DNA from: Geopsychrobacteraceae bacterium
GTDB taxonomy: Bacteria > Desulfobacterota > Desulfuromonadia > Desulfuromonadales > Geopsychrobacteraceae
Direction of reading: 5' to 3'
DNA: 64,000 nucleotides
Assembly: GCA_963676795.2 (NCBI GenBank)
Contig: CAXXTB010000002.1
Location: 1,632,001 to 1,696,000, forward strand
This document shows positions 30,029 through 40,562 of this stretch, one piece after another. The notes under the pieces are model-generated. The model searched no databases. It saw only the letters and a list, made by a program, of their open reading frames with translations, and was not told the DNA's origin. Position 1 is the stretch's first letter. Every line of letters begins with the position of its first letter. The translations under genes were made by a program, and so were the position numbers.

Positions 30029-33000
30029 TCATAAGCGCTGCCGCCTCTGCCACCAGATTCCTCCGGCAACAACGGCAAGAACCAGGAAGACACAGAGAGA
30101 TGCCAGCCACTGGACTCCCGAAGAGGTCAGCTCGGTCGTCTCCTCTTCATTAGTCACTTTTTCCATCTTGTAACCGCTGACATCCTCAGCCTCCGCTCCG
30201 GACTGTTCCGCAGGCTGTTCGGCGCTGGCTTCACTTGGCTGCTCTGTCTGTGCTGCTGGTTGATTTTCTAATCCCGCTGTCAGCTGCTGCTGAAGTTCCT
30301 GGCGCCGGTCAAGCTGCTCTTCAAGAGTTTTTTTGGCCATTTTTTCAATAGCGACCTTGAATTGCTCGACCAGTTCCGGGCTCATCACCCCTGGCAGTGA
30401 TGCAATGGCAATAACCATATGATTCAACGCCGGGTTGTTACAGGTGTGATCGCAACAGGCCACCCCCTGCTCCAGAACATTGTTCACATACTCTCTTGCC
30501 AGTTTCTGCTGCAGCTGATCACTCGCCTGCCAGTAGCCCTTACGTACAGCTTCAAGCATGCGTGCCGTCATCGACTGATAGGCCCAGGGATTATTCTTGT
30601 TGAAGAACTCCTTGAGGTTCTGCTGATACTTGTCATCAACATAGACCTCGCTGACCTGTTTCCAGTAGATCTCCGACACATCATCCGGAGTCGTCACCTG
30701 CCAGCCCCAGAGGTATTCGACAAACTTGGCCATCTCATGGGCTCCGGCATAGTTGTCCCGCTTCATCCCTTCAATCCACTGAGGATTCAGATAACGTTGC
30801 TGCAGTTCCTGGCCAATAACCCGCTTCAGCGTTGCAACCTTGACCTCACCCGGCATTTTCTGCAGGGTCACCCGTGTTTTTGGTGCCTCCCCGCGGACAT
30901 TACGTACCGCCAGGGACAAGCCACCCAGGTACTGAAACATGTCATCGTTATCCATGGTCGAATAGATATTCGAGGAGATTGAATGGACAGCGGTATCAAC
31001 CCCCTTGAGGTTTTCACGCAGCGCCTGGGTCACTGGTATGCCCCATTGACCGTTGCCGATGGCGAAGCTGCTGCGCTTGATAAAGACCCCGGCTATTTCT
31101 TCGTCAGACTCCCAGAACCCTGAGGCTCCGGTCAGCTCGGAGACGCCATTACCGTAAGAGCCGGGCTTTTCGGTAAAGATGCGCAGCCGTGATTGTGATC
31201 TGGCCTGCTCGGGACTCATCCCCTGTGCAAGCAGAGCCTTTTCTACCTTGCGATTGTTGTCGGCGATGATGTTTTCGATATCAGTCTGCAGTGCGGCCTT
31301 TTGAATGGCCTCATCAAGCCAAAGCAGCTTGTCAGGAAACAGGTCGCGGTAGAGTCCGGACGGATTGACCAGCACATCGATGCGCGGCCGGCCGAGCCGC
31401 TTGCCTGGAATCGGCCGGGTTCCGGTGACCCGGCCGGAGCTGTCCCAGACCGGCTCCATCCCGAGCAGGGCGAGGATGGTGCTTTCGTTGACCCCCTCAT
31501 TGCGAATACTCTCGACCGCCCAGAGCACCACTGCGACCTTCTGCGGATAGCTGCCCTCCTCGGCACGCTTTTCTGCAATCAACTCGTCTGCAGCCTGCTG
31601 GCCGAGTTTCCATGCGGCCTTACTCGGCAGGTGAGCCGCTGAAAAAGCGTAAAAATTTTTACCGGTCGGCAGAGCATAAGGATTTCTGAGCGGATCGTTC
31701 CCTTCACCGGCGGGAATATAACCTCCTGCAAGCGCCTTGATCAGGTGATCCATTTCCCGCTTTGCCGAGTTGCCTAGATTTATCTCCAACTGCTGTCTGT
31801 CCAGGTCGGGATGGGCAGAGCTGATCACGTCGAGGGTGCTGTCCATGCCATTTTGTGAATATGCTGTGCCGAAGGTGTGCAGACCAAAAGGGATAACTCC
31901 GGTATCAACTTCGTGCAGATAAAGATCAACCTTTTCAACATCCTCGGCGGTAAAGCTGTCTATCTCCAAGGATTCCGCGATACCAGTCTCTTTCAACAGG
32001 GTTGCAATCTGGCTCAGATATTCAGCTGCCGTTGCTCCGCCGATACCTGCATTTATTTCATATTGACTGAGCAGATCATGAAGCTCACTCAACTCATCGT
32101 GAAGCTCAACGTCCTTAAGTGCCGGAGTCAGGTGGTCGATAATCACCCCACGTCCGCGCCGTTTGGCCTGAATCCCCTCGCCGACATCATCAACGATGTA
32201 TGGATAGATATTGGGAATATGGCCGGTCATGATCTCCGGCGGATCAGATGAGAGCAAACCCGCTTGCTTTCCGGGTAACCATTCGTAGGTCGCATGAGTG
32301 CCAAGATGGATCATTGCGTCGGCAGCGAACTGATGCTGCACCCACAGGTAGGCGGCAATGTACTGATGATGGGGATAAACCGTGGGATCATGGTAGAGCT
32401 TCATCGGATCATCGCTCCAGCCACGTGAAGGCTCCGGAAGCAGGACCAGATTCCCTAGACGCACCATGGGAATGACAAAATTGCCATCCTTGACCATGAT
32501 ATCGCTCTCTTCCGGCTCTCCCCACTGTTCAAGAACAGGCCTGGTGAAATCCTCAGGAAGAGCATCAAACCAGCGCCGATAAGTGGCTATCGGCAATAAT
32601 TCGACTTCATCGCTGGCGAGCATGGCATCCAGTTCACCGGGGGCCCATGAACCGATATTGCGACCGGTACGCATGATCATTTGACGCACCTGTTCTTCAC
32701 TGAGTTCAGTATCAGCGGAAATCAGGTAGCCTTCAGATTTCATCCGCTGTGCAATTGCGTCAACGCTGCGGAACACGTTCAGATAACTGGCACCGATATT
32801 CTGCTTGCCCTGGCTGTGGTTGTAATAGAGCAGTGCAACTTTTTTGTCTTTATTCGCTTTCCGCTGCAGTTGCGACCAGGCTTTTAAGCGCGCCAGTAGC
32901 TGATCGACATTCTCATCAACCAGATCGTAGTAATAGAGTGGTTTATCACTGCCATCGATATATTTTTTGCGCTTGGCACTTAATACTGTCGGTTCGATAG

Positions 33001-33940
33001 CGCCTGTCGTTTCAGGGTTGGCAATCGCCCAGGCAACCTCCAGCGGAGCGATTCCAACAGGGCTTGTACGCCACTCCTCCAGCTCTGAGCCATAAAGACG
33101 AACCAGGTTAAAGACCGGGATATCGAGGCTATTGATCGCCTGTTTGACGTTCTCATTCAATGCCGACCACAATTTCAGGGTGAAACTCAGCAACAGGTCC
33201 GCCGGAGCTTGCTCATGACGACGATATAAAAATTTCTGCAAGGTCAGATCAGGACGTCCAAAGCATGGCAGAGGATTGAAACCGGCCTCTTCGAGCCTGG
33301 TGATCAGTGCGTCGGCAGCCTCGACCTGACCGTCACGCAGCGTGGTGATATAAAAGGTCAGAGCAACCCATGGGCGACTTGCGCTATCCGGATAGCGCTG
33401 TGCGTACCAGTCTTTGTATACCTCAACGCTGTCAAACAACTGTTCGCTGGCAGGATGATGAATAGCTGCCTCAGGAAGACTTTTCAGCTGAGGATAAGTG
33501 ACCGAGTTGTCTATCGTTTGATGGATTGCCCGCCTGATCATGCCGGCGGCATTCTGACGCGACAGTTCGCTGAAATATCCGCCAAGCGCTTCGTCAAAGA
33601 CAAAACCCTGCTGTCTGAGACTCTCATCGTCGCGTGAACCGCGTAGAGCGTAGACCGTCTTCGCCTTAACCAGATCATGCTCGAGCAGGTAGGCACTTAA
33701 CTCCGGACTCATGACATCAACGAGAATGACATCAGCTGCAGCAACAAATTCAGCAGCATCAGACTGCTGTTCCAGCTCCTCAAGCGTCAGAGAACGGATC
33801 TGATGCTCTGAGCCGAGATCCAGATCGGCGACCCCTTGATAGGCAACGGTACTGTCGCCGTCAATGACGAGCAAAGCGAGTTTTCCTGCATATACGGGAG
33901 TTGTGATCAGCAAGAGCAAAAGAAGGCACAACAGACGCAT
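30029..33940 (-). CDS. cobN: CobN/Mg-chelatase-family protein with signal peptide and C-terminal membrane anchor (HmuS/BtuS-like), copy A
   Basis: Same motifs as copy B; MRLLCLLLLLLITTPVYA signal peptide; hydrophobic tail ending WWQRRQRL. Confidence 0.9.
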   Translation of the reverse strand: MRLLCLLLLLLITTPVYAGKLALLVIDGDSTVAYQGVADLDLGSEHQIRSLTLEELEQQSDAAEFVAAADVILVDVMSPELSAYLLEHDLVKAKTVYALRGSRDDESLRQQGFVFDEALGGYFSELSRQNAAGMIRRAIHQTIDNSVTYPQLKSLPEAAIHHPASEQLFDSVEVYKDWYAQRYPDSASRPWVALTFYITTLRDGQVEAADALITRLEEAGFNPLPCFGRPDLTLQKFLYRRHEQAPADLLLSFTLKLWSALNENVKQAINSLDIPVFNLVRLYGSELEEWRTSPVGIAPLEVAWAIANPETTGAIEPTVLSAKRKKYIDGSDKPLYYYDLVDENVDQLLARLKAWSQLQRKANKDKKVALLYYNHSQGKQNIGASYLNVFRSVDAIAQRMKSEGYLISADTELSEEQVRQMIMRTGRNIGSWAPGELDAMLASDEVELLPIATYRRWFDALPEDFTRPVLEQWGEPEESDIMVKDGNFVIPMVRLGNLVLLPEPSRGWSDDPMKLYHDPTVYPHHQYIAAYLWVQHQFAADAMIHLGTHATYEWLPGKQAGLLSSDPPEIMTGHIPNIYPYIVDDVGEGIQAKRRGRGVIIDHLTPALKDVELHDELSELHDLLSQYEINAGIGGATAAEYLSQIATLLKETGIAESLEIDSFTAEDVEKVDLYLHEVDTGVIPFGLHTFGTAYSQNGMDSTLDVISSAHPDLDRQQLEINLGNSAKREMDHLIKALAGGYIPAGEGNDPLRNPYALPTGKNFYAFSAAHLPSKAAWKLGQQAADELIAEKRAEEGSYPQKVAVVLWAVESIRNEGVNESTILALLGMEPVWDSSGRVTGTRPIPGKRLGRPRIDVLVNPSGLYRDLFPDKLLWLDEAIQKAALQTDIENIIADNNRKVEKALLAQGMSPEQARSQSRLRIFTEKPGSYGNGVSELTGASGFWESDEEIAGVFIKRSSFAIGNGQWGIPVTQALRENLKGVDTAVHSISSNIYSTMDNDDMFQYLGGLSLAVRNVRGEAPKTRVTLQKMPGEVKVATLKRVIGQELQQRYLNPQWIEGMKRDNYAGAHEMAKFVEYLWGWQVTTPDDVSEIYWKQVSEVYVDDKYQQNLKEFFNKNNPWAYQSMTARMLEAVRKGYWQASDQLQQKLAREYVNNVLEQGVACCDHTCNNPALNHMVIAIASLPGVMSPELVEQFKVAIEKMAKKTLEEQLDRRQELQQQLTAGLENQPAAQTEQPSEASAEQPAEQSGAEAEDVSGYKMEKVTNEEETTELTSSGVQWLASLCVFLVLAVVAGGIWWQRRQRL

Positions 33941-35946
33941 CAGAGTGACTCCTGAGCAGCGAGACCATTCAACAGGGCATTAAAAGCCAGCTTGATCACT
34001 TGTGGAAGTCCATCGATCGTGTAATCTGCAGACAGGCTGATCGGGTCTTTAGCTGAAATTTCACGGGAAAGCTGCAGACACCAGCTGTCAAAGGCATCGA
34101 GGTCAGTCAGCAGTCCGTTCTCGTATTGATCACTTATTGACAGGGCCGCGGCAACAAACCCCGCATAACGCTCGTTGAGCAACAGTGATTCCAGGTCAGC
34201 GGCCAGTGAATTGAACTGCTGACGGTCTGTAACATTCTGAGGATTAATCAGCCCGCGTACGGAATAGCCCCGATCTTTTAGCCGAGCAAAAATATTTCTT
34301 TTAGCAACGACTCCGTTCTGCTGATAAACGGCTTCCCTGACAGCCTGATACACGGCTTTAGCGATGAGCTCTCCAAGCTTGGTGTGACCACCGGCATTAT
34401 CTATGGCAAAGCCCTCCCCTTCGATGACGATAATGTTGTCGGTCCCTGTTCCGGTAGCCTGATGCAGCTCTGCAGAATAGGTGCTGCGGATATCAAGATC
34501 TTGCATAGCTGCAGTTTTTGCCTCGGTTGCAGAAATTATTGCCCGGGTCATGGCGCGGGGGGATAGACGCATGTTACTGAACAACAGCATATTGATCGTC
34601 CCGGGTTCATAAAATTCGCCAACGTCTTTAGACATGCGCACGGCATTGCTTTTCACACCGGCTGTCACCACAGCGAAAACTTCCATATCGCGGTAGCTGG
34701 TGCGAACAATGGCCAGGTTGTCCATATCTGCGCCGGTAAACAATAGGCTGGAATTTTCTGGTGAGAGATCCAGAGAGCGAAAGAGTTCAGCACGACCGGC
34801 AGCCAGGCCTTTATAGTGCAGCATCCTCCAGGTCGGTGGCGGAGAGTAACTGTTACCGACAACACTGATCCCCTGACGCTGGCCTTCCAATGTTGAGACC
34901 ACTGTCATCGGGTGCTCAAGATCGACTTGCAGCGTTTTATAGACAAAATCGTCGATCCGGCTGTGTACGACACGAGCCTGTTTGATATATGACAGTGGCA
35001 ACTCCAGGACACGCTCGGCGACGATTGCGTCTGCTTCTACAGTATTTTCCTCTTTGGAAAACTCTTCCTGGTAGATATCTGCGGCCAGCCAGTTCACGAA
35101 ATATCCGATATTGGTTCCTGCGCGACAGGTCAGATCACAGGCGTAATGAAAAATATTGCCATCCTGTATTGCAGCAACATCCTGCCAACCATCCCGGGAG
35201 AGGATCGGTTCCAGGGCACGGTTATCATCACCGCAGCCATAGAGAACTTGAGGATCAAACTGCTGCCATTGTTCCAGAGAAACCGGCACTATCGACCCGG
35301 CTTCGGTAAAATCTGGAGTGACCCCTCCCGCGGCACGGATCAATTCATTCTGGAAGGAATCCGCGCCGGGAGTCATAATCTGGTTGCGCCCCATCAGTCG
35401 CATCACCCGTTTACGTTTTTCAACAGGGATACGGGCCACCTTGCGTTTGATCAGATCGAGCTGCTGGCGGTTCAATGCGACAAGCTCTTCTGCCTGTTGT
35501 TGCCGGTCAAAGAGTTCTCCCAACTTGAGCAGACTCTGAAAAGACCTTTCGATGGAATCTGTATCGATCTCGATCAGAATCGTATCGCTGTTCGCAAAAC
35601 GCTCTGTAACGTCCTGTTGAATCTGCGAAAAAAACACCACTTCAGGATGTAAAGCAGCGACCCGGTCAAGATCAGGGGCAAAGAAACCACCAATACGTTC
35701 TTTTCCTGCGACCTCACGCGGATAATTACTGTGATAAGTCACCGCGAGCAAAGATTCACTCACCCCGAGTCGCAGCAACATTTCAGTGACAGTCGGGACG
35801 AGTGATACAACCCGCTGCGGGCTGCGTTTAAATGTCACTTCATGACCGAAGGCATCGGTCCACACAGACTCAGCGTAAAGGTTGCCCGAAAACAGCAGAA
35901 ACATAAGCAGCAGCCCCCCGAATATATTCACCTTCAAACGACGCAT
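33940..35946 (-). CDS. cbiZ: Exported BtuF-like binding domain-CbiZ fusion, copy A
   Basis: Signal peptide, PQRVVSLVPTVTE, FTGADMDNL, TAGVKSNA, PGTIN, TEAKTAA, ATGTGTD; GGAGG RBS before ATG 35946. Confidence 0.85.
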   Translation of the reverse strand: MRRLKVNIFGGLLLMFLLFSGNLYAESVWTDAFGHEVTFKRSPQRVVSLVPTVTEMLLRLGVSESLLAVTYHSNYPREVAGKERIGGFFAPDLDRVAALHPEVVFFSQIQQDVTERFANSDTILIEIDTDSIERSFQSLLKLGELFDRQQQAEELVALNRQQLDLIKRKVARIPVEKRKRVMRLMGRNQIMTPGADSFQNELIRAAGGVTPDFTEAGSIVPVSLEQWQQFDPQVLYGCGDDNRALEPILSRDGWQDVAAIQDGNIFHYACDLTCRAGTNIGYFVNWLAADIYQEEFSKEENTVEADAIVAERVLELPLSYIKQARVVHSRIDDFVYKTLQVDLEHPMTVVSTLEGQRQGISVVGNSYSPPPTWRMLHYKGLAAGRAELFRSLDLSPENSSLLFTGADMDNLAIVRTSYRDMEVFAVVTAGVKSNAVRMSKDVGEFYEPGTINMLLFSNMRLSPRAMTRAIISATEAKTAAMQDLDIRSTYSAELHQATGTGTDNIIVIEGEGFAIDNAGGHTKLGELIAKAVYQAVREAVYQQNGVVAKRNIFARLKDRGYSVRGLINPQNVTDRQQFNSLAADLESLLLNERYAGFVAAALSISDQYENGLLTDLDAFDSWCLQLSREISAKDPISLSADYTIDGLPQVIKLAFNALLNGLAAQESL

Positions 35947-35998
35947 AACCCTACCCTCCATTAAATAAAGCTCGGCAAACCAACGGTTCAAATGGCTA

Positions 35999-37312
35999 TC
36001 AAATATTTTTCAATGCCTGCAGCGCAGACTTCTTGGTACCTTCATATTTCGCAGCATGGACAAAATCGACCTTGCTGTTTTTAAAATCGTCCAGCTGCCA
36101 GGCGGAGTAACCAGCCATCAACCAGGCACGTCCTGCAAACCGTCCTTCTCTTTCGGCTACGCGTCTGAAGACAATTGCGGCTTGATCATATTTTTCCAGA
36201 GAGTAGAGCAGCTCGGCCTTGAGCATCAGCATGTCTTCGTCATCGGGTTCCAGGTTAAATTCTTCAAGTCGCTGCAGCGCGACATCATTCTTTCCCAGTT
36301 GCTGATAGGCGATTATCAACCTCCTCAGCACAGCCTTGTCTTCAACGTCTCTAAGACAGTTTTCATAAACCGGCACTGCCCTGCACGGAATCCCGGCTTG
36401 TAACCTAAGGTCTGCCAATAGCTTTTTTTCTTCGAGTGTCAGTGGGGTTAGAAAAGCATAAATAGTCAGTGCTGTCAGAGCATCATCCTGACGCCCTCGC
36501 TCCAGCTGAACATGGGTCAGGGCTTTCCACCATTTGGCCAGCGTCGGTGCCTGTTCTGTTAATCTGCGGGCAAAGGACAACGCATCGTCATTCATTCCGA
36601 GCTGAAGATACTGATAGAGCAGAATTTCCTGCCACTGGATCTGCTTACTGCCGGTATATGTTTGAGCCAGTTCGCGTATATATGGCAACGCGCGCTGAGA
36701 CTTGCCAATTGCCAGCAGTGAACTGACCAAGTACTCCTGCCACTGTGGGACGATGGCGTCCGGATGTTTCAAAAACAGCTGATCAAATACCTCTATCGAT
36801 TGCTGATAGTTCTCTGCCATTAAATAGGACACTGCGCTGTAATAGAGGTGGTCAGGTTTTTTATCACTGGCCAGCGCATAAGCCTGACCAAAACAGCGGC
36901 CAGCCTCGGCATACTGCTTCAGCTCATAATTGGCCCTGGCAAGATTGAGCCATGCCTCGGCATGGTCAGTAACACGCTGAATCACCCGTTGATAGGCTTC
37001 TGCCGCCAACCCGTAATTTTTCTGCAGCAGGTAACAGTTACCCAGCACATTGAAAATTTCCGGGTGTGAATAGCCTTTTGACTCTGCCTCAGCCTGAGCC
37101 ATCGCTTCGCCTTTTTGCTGAAAGGCCGTCAGGGTATCTACTGCCGCCGCAAATTCTTTATTTTTCAGCAGCGCATTGGCCTGTACCAGCACCGTCCGGA
37201 CACGTAACGGCAGATTCAGTTCCGACAGGGCGAATCCGGGGCTTGAGATCAGCACCAGAACAACAATGACAACAGCCCGATAACTAAGCATTTTTCGCAG
37301 CAACAACATCAC
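35999..37312 (-). CDS. Exported tetratricopeptide-repeat protein (TtpD-like) of the TonB system
   Basis: Signal peptide and repeated TPR-like helices (LGNCY, AWLNLA..NY, AWLMAGY); follows tonB. Confidence 0.85.
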   Translation of the reverse strand: MMLLLRKMLSYRAVVIVVLVLISSPGFALSELNLPLRVRTVLVQANALLKNKEFAAAVDTLTAFQQKGEAMAQAEAESKGYSHPEIFNVLGNCYLLQKNYGLAAEAYQRVIQRVTDHAEAWLNLARANYELKQYAEAGRCFGQAYALASDKKPDHLYYSAVSYLMAENYQQSIEVFDQLFLKHPDAIVPQWQEYLVSSLLAIGKSQRALPYIRELAQTYTGSKQIQWQEILLYQYLQLGMNDDALSFARRLTEQAPTLAKWWKALTHVQLERGRQDDALTALTIYAFLTPLTLEEKKLLADLRLQAGIPCRAVPVYENCLRDVEDKAVLRRLIIAYQQLGKNDVALQRLEEFNLEPDDEDMLMLKAELLYSLEKYDQAAIVFRRVAEREGRFAGRAWLMAGYSAWQLDDFKNSKVDFVHAAKYEGTKKSALQALKNI

Positions 37313-37313
37313 C

Positions 37314-38063
37314 TCACTCCAGCGTAAACCTTACAGTCGTCTCAACCTTCGAACGCACGGGCACACCTTCGACCGTACCTGGTTGAAACTGCCAGGCAAG
37401 CACACAGCGACGCACGCTCTCATCAAAAATTCCGGGAGGTTCGGCCGCCAGAACCTCAACATTGTCAACATGCCCGGACTTATCGACGATCAACTGAACC
37501 CTGACCCAGCCTTCAATTCCCCGGCGTCGGGCAATGAGCGGATAATCAGGAGGAATACGAACCCGCTCGGAAATCGGTGCATCCAGCTGGCTGGAGTCGA
37601 ATATATCCGGCAGGTCGAGGTCAGAAATCAGCGGCAATTCTTCGATGTCTGGCATAGGCAGAGAATCTGGTGTTGCCGGCAGTCGCGGATTAATTTCGAA
37701 AGGCAGAGACAATCTCGCTTTTACCGGCTGCCTCGGAGTTGCTTGCGGCTTTTCAACCGGTTTGGCTTTTTGTTCAGGTTCCACGACCTTTCGCTCTATC
37801 TTCGTATTTGGCTGTGTTACCGGAACCACGGCAACCTGTGGAATCAAAGCTTCCAGATCGGTTCGCGCGGGGGCCGGAACCATCAGATGCGGCATAATCA
37901 TAAACAGCAACAGGTTCAGGCTGACGGCAATAAGACCGGCCCAAAACCATGTCCACCAGCTGCGCCGCATGAATGCGTTGAAGTAGCTTGCGGAATGCCC
38001 TGACTCCCCGCGTTGGTGGTAATATCCCATCATTTTTTCACCTTCTGGACGTCCCTCGGCCAC
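37314..38063 (-). CDS. tonB: Energy transducer TonB
   Basis: N-terminal TM, Pro-rich linker, PDYP..ARRRGIEG.V and W.FQPG...G.PV motifs. Confidence 0.92.
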   Translation of the reverse strand: MAEGRPEGEKMMGYYHQRGESGHSASYFNAFMRRSWWTWFWAGLIAVSLNLLLFMIMPHLMVPAPARTDLEALIPQVAVVPVTQPNTKIERKVVEPEQKAKPVEKPQATPRQPVKARLSLPFEINPRLPATPDSLPMPDIEELPLISDLDLPDIFDSSQLDAPISERVRIPPDYPLIARRRGIEGWVRVQLIVDKSGHVDNVEVLAAEPPGIFDESVRRCVLAWQFQPGTVEGVPVRSKVETTVRFTLE

Positions 38064-38065
38064 TG

Positions 38066-38488
38066 CTACTGTCCTCCGTTAGGGAGACTGGCCGCGAGAG
38101 CGACGTTGGTCGCTCCCGCCATACGGCAGCCGTCCATGACCTGAACGGCAATACCGGTGTTACTGGCCTTATCGGCGACAACAACGACAGCCCCTTCCGG
38201 ATTCTCCGCCAGGGCACGTTCTACGTTTGCGCGGACAACACGGATGTCTATCTCTCTGCGATCCATGAAAATTCGGTTATTCTGATCCACCGCGATCATG
38301 ATCGTTGCATTCGCTTTTGGCGCCGCAGTTGAGGCTGCAGGCCGATTGACGTCTATGCCGCTTTCTTTGACGAAGCTGGTATTCACCAGAAAAAAGATCA
38401 GCAGGATAAACACCATATCTATAAGCGGCGCTATGTTCAGTTCCGTGGCAGTGCGGTTTTTTCGTCTTGAAGCGCTGATATTCAGCAT
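38066..38488 (-). CDS. exbD: Biopolymer transport protein ExbD
   Basis: LNIAPLIDMVFILLIFFLV, ADK, VMD...AG motifs. Confidence 0.93.
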   Translation of the reverse strand: MLNISASRRKNRTATELNIAPLIDMVFILLIFFLVNTSFVKESGIDVNRPAASTAAPKANATIMIAVDQNNRIFMDRREIDIRVVRANVERALAENPEGAVVVVADKASNTGIAVQVMDGCRMAGATNVALAASLPNGGQ

Positions 38489-38517
38489 CGTCTCGTTTCC
38501 TTTTCAACTCAACAGGA

Positions 38518-39129
38518 TCAAAGTTGTCGCCTCAGGTAGAATCCGGCATGAGCAACACGCTGCTTAAGGCTACGTGCCCGGCGATCGAGAAAACCCTTCA
38601 TCCACAATCCGGGGATCGCGACGAACAAACCGGTCTGGGTACTGATCAGGGCTTCAGAAATACCACTGGACATACCGCGTGTATTACCGGTACCGAAGAC
38701 CGCAAGAACGTCAAAAGTACCGATCATGCCGATAACTGTCCCCAACAGGCCGAGCAGAGGAGCGACTGCGGCCAGAACACCGATGATGGCAAGTTGGGAA
38801 TCCAGAGAACGGTTGAGACTGACAACGGTTTCATCCAGAATAAATTTATCGAGTTGAGACTGCCCGCTACGGCGTTGCTGAAAGCGTGCGACCAACAGCG
38901 ATATGACACCACGATATCTGGAAGGATCAGGCATATGTGTTCCCCGAATATGCTCCAGCGCGGTTCCCAGATCCATATTTCTGCGATAAAGCGTTTTATA
39001 AAACAGCATCCGGTCAACAATCAGTCCCCACATCACCAGACTGACCAGGGCCAGCGGGACCATAACCACCCCTCCGGAATAGAAAAAGGCTTCCATGCGC
39101 AGATATTGGGTGACCAGGGCATCGATCAC
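38518..39129 (-). CDS. exbB: MotA/TolQ/ExbB proton-channel protein
   Basis: APLLGLLGTV.GMI..F and GISEAL..TQ.GL.VAIP motifs. Confidence 0.9.
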   Translation of the reverse strand: MIDALVTQYLRMEAFFYSGGVVMVPLALVSLVMWGLIVDRMLFYKTLYRRNMDLGTALEHIRGTHMPDPSRYRGVISLLVARFQQRRSGQSQLDKFILDETVVSLNRSLDSQLAIIGVLAAVAPLLGLLGTVIGMIGTFDVLAVFGTGNTRGMSSGISEALISTQTGLFVAIPGLWMKGFLDRRARSLKQRVAHAGFYLRRQL

Positions 39130-40562
39130 GAAGCCCTCCGGTATTTGTGAACGATATTGACCGTGGCAACAGCCTTTTCTTCCATTTCACTGATGCGGTT
39201 ATCGACCGTGCGATTAAGCAGGGTCTGGGCCAACATCAGTGGGATGGCAACAGCAAGACCAAGCATCGTCGTGACCAGAGCCTCTGAAATACCGCCGGAC
39301 ATCAGGCGCGGATCTCCTGTTCCGTGGAGGGTGATAACGTGAAAGGTGTTGATCATCCCGGTAACAGTCCCCAGCAGACCGAGTAATGGTGCGATGGCCG
39401 CGAGCATACCCAGGGCAGACAAGAATCGCTCCATGGGCGGAATTTCCCTGAGAATCCCTTCTTGCAGTGCATTTTCCATCTCTTCACGCTGCAAATCACA
39501 GCATTGCAATCCGGTCTTCAACACTCTGCTCACCGGAACATGAGGATGCTCTTCACAGATTTTGATGCAGGAGGACCAATCATTGTCAGCTCCAAACGTC
39601 TCAATTTTTTGCATCAGTCCGTCAGCATTGAAACGCTGACGGATCAGGAAAAATATTCTTTCCAGAACAATGAGCACCCCGATGCCAAGAATGAGCAGAA
39701 TTGGCCAGACAATCGGCCCTCCATCCGGTATTTGTTCCCAAAGACTTAATTCATGCGTCAATTGCCGCAAAGCCCCGCCCCGGGATATGTCTACAGGTAC
39801 GGCATCATTCTGGCCGTTCATATAGCTGGCGATCTGCTTTTGAAGTCTGGATGACGGCAGGCGGGAAAGTGCATACAACCTGTTTCCTGCTGAGGAATAG
39901 TTGCAAAAACCGGTTTCCTGATCGAAATGGTATGTTGCTGTAAACGGTCCGATTGTCAGGATATCGGCCTCCACTTCCCTGCCACTGCGATCGGTCACAT
40001 GTCCGCGGCCAAGTGATACCTCACCTGTCGTTTTGATCTGATCAAGCCAGGCGCTGGCGATGGACTGAATATCGGTCATACCGGGAAATGTTGAATCAAC
40101 TGCAATCGGCTCCAGAAATGAGTCAGCACGCCCATTAACCGCCCCCTGTAAATTTTGGGCGATCAAAGAATCGAGATCTTTGGCATTAACACGGATGACT
40201 CCAACCAATTCGTTGACCATACTGTCAGTTTTAGCCAGTTTTTCAGTCAGCGCCGACTCTTTACGCTCCAGCTGTTGATGCTGGTGGTTGAAATCAGCGA
40301 TCTGCTTATCCAGCTTAGCAACAGCTGTTTCCAGATCAGAGATGGCCTTTTTCAATGCCGTGCGATCTGTCAGGATTTGCTGTTGGCTTTCATTTGCTGC
40401 GCGCTCGGCAGCCTCCTTTTCAGCGATGGCCTGCTGAATCAGCTCCTCTTTGGCAAGTCTCGCTTCAAGCTGGACTTCACGCATGTCTTCTGCGTGCAGA
40501 GGAAGAGCAACAAGACTGAGAAACAACAGGATAAATAGCGACTTAAAGACAGGAGTATTCAT
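39126..40562 (-). CDS. Long ExbB-family protein with periplasmic coiled-coil (TtpC-like)
   Basis: Signal peptide, coiled-coil region, C-terminal APLLGLLGTVTGMI...GDPRLMSGGISEALVTT. Confidence 0.88.
   Translation of the reverse strand: MNTPVFKSLFILLFLSLVALPLHAEDMREVQLEARLAKEELIQQAIAEKEAAERAANESQQQILTDRTALKKAISDLETAVAKLDKQIADFNHQHQQLERKESALTEKLAKTDSMVNELVGVIRVNAKDLDSLIAQNLQGAVNGRADSFLEPIAVDSTFPGMTDIQSIASAWLDQIKTTGEVSLGRGHVTDRSGREVEADILTIGPFTATYHFDQETGFCNYSSAGNRLYALSRLPSSRLQKQIASYMNGQNDAVPVDISRGGALRQLTHELSLWEQIPDGGPIVWPILLILGIGVLIVLERIFFLIRQRFNADGLMQKIETFGADNDWSSCIKICEEHPHVPVSRVLKTGLQCCDLQREEMENALQEGILREIPPMERFLSALGMLAAIAPLLGLLGTVTGMINTFHVITLHGTGDPRLMSGGISEALVTTMLGLAVAIPLMLAQTLLNRTVDNRISEMEEKAVATVNIVHKYRRAS

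Noticed and set aside
21663..33940. cobN genes as evidence of the aerobic late-insertion B12 pathway
   Set aside because: Export signals, no chelatase ATPase subunits, and cbiK/cbiD/cbiG indicate the anaerobic route
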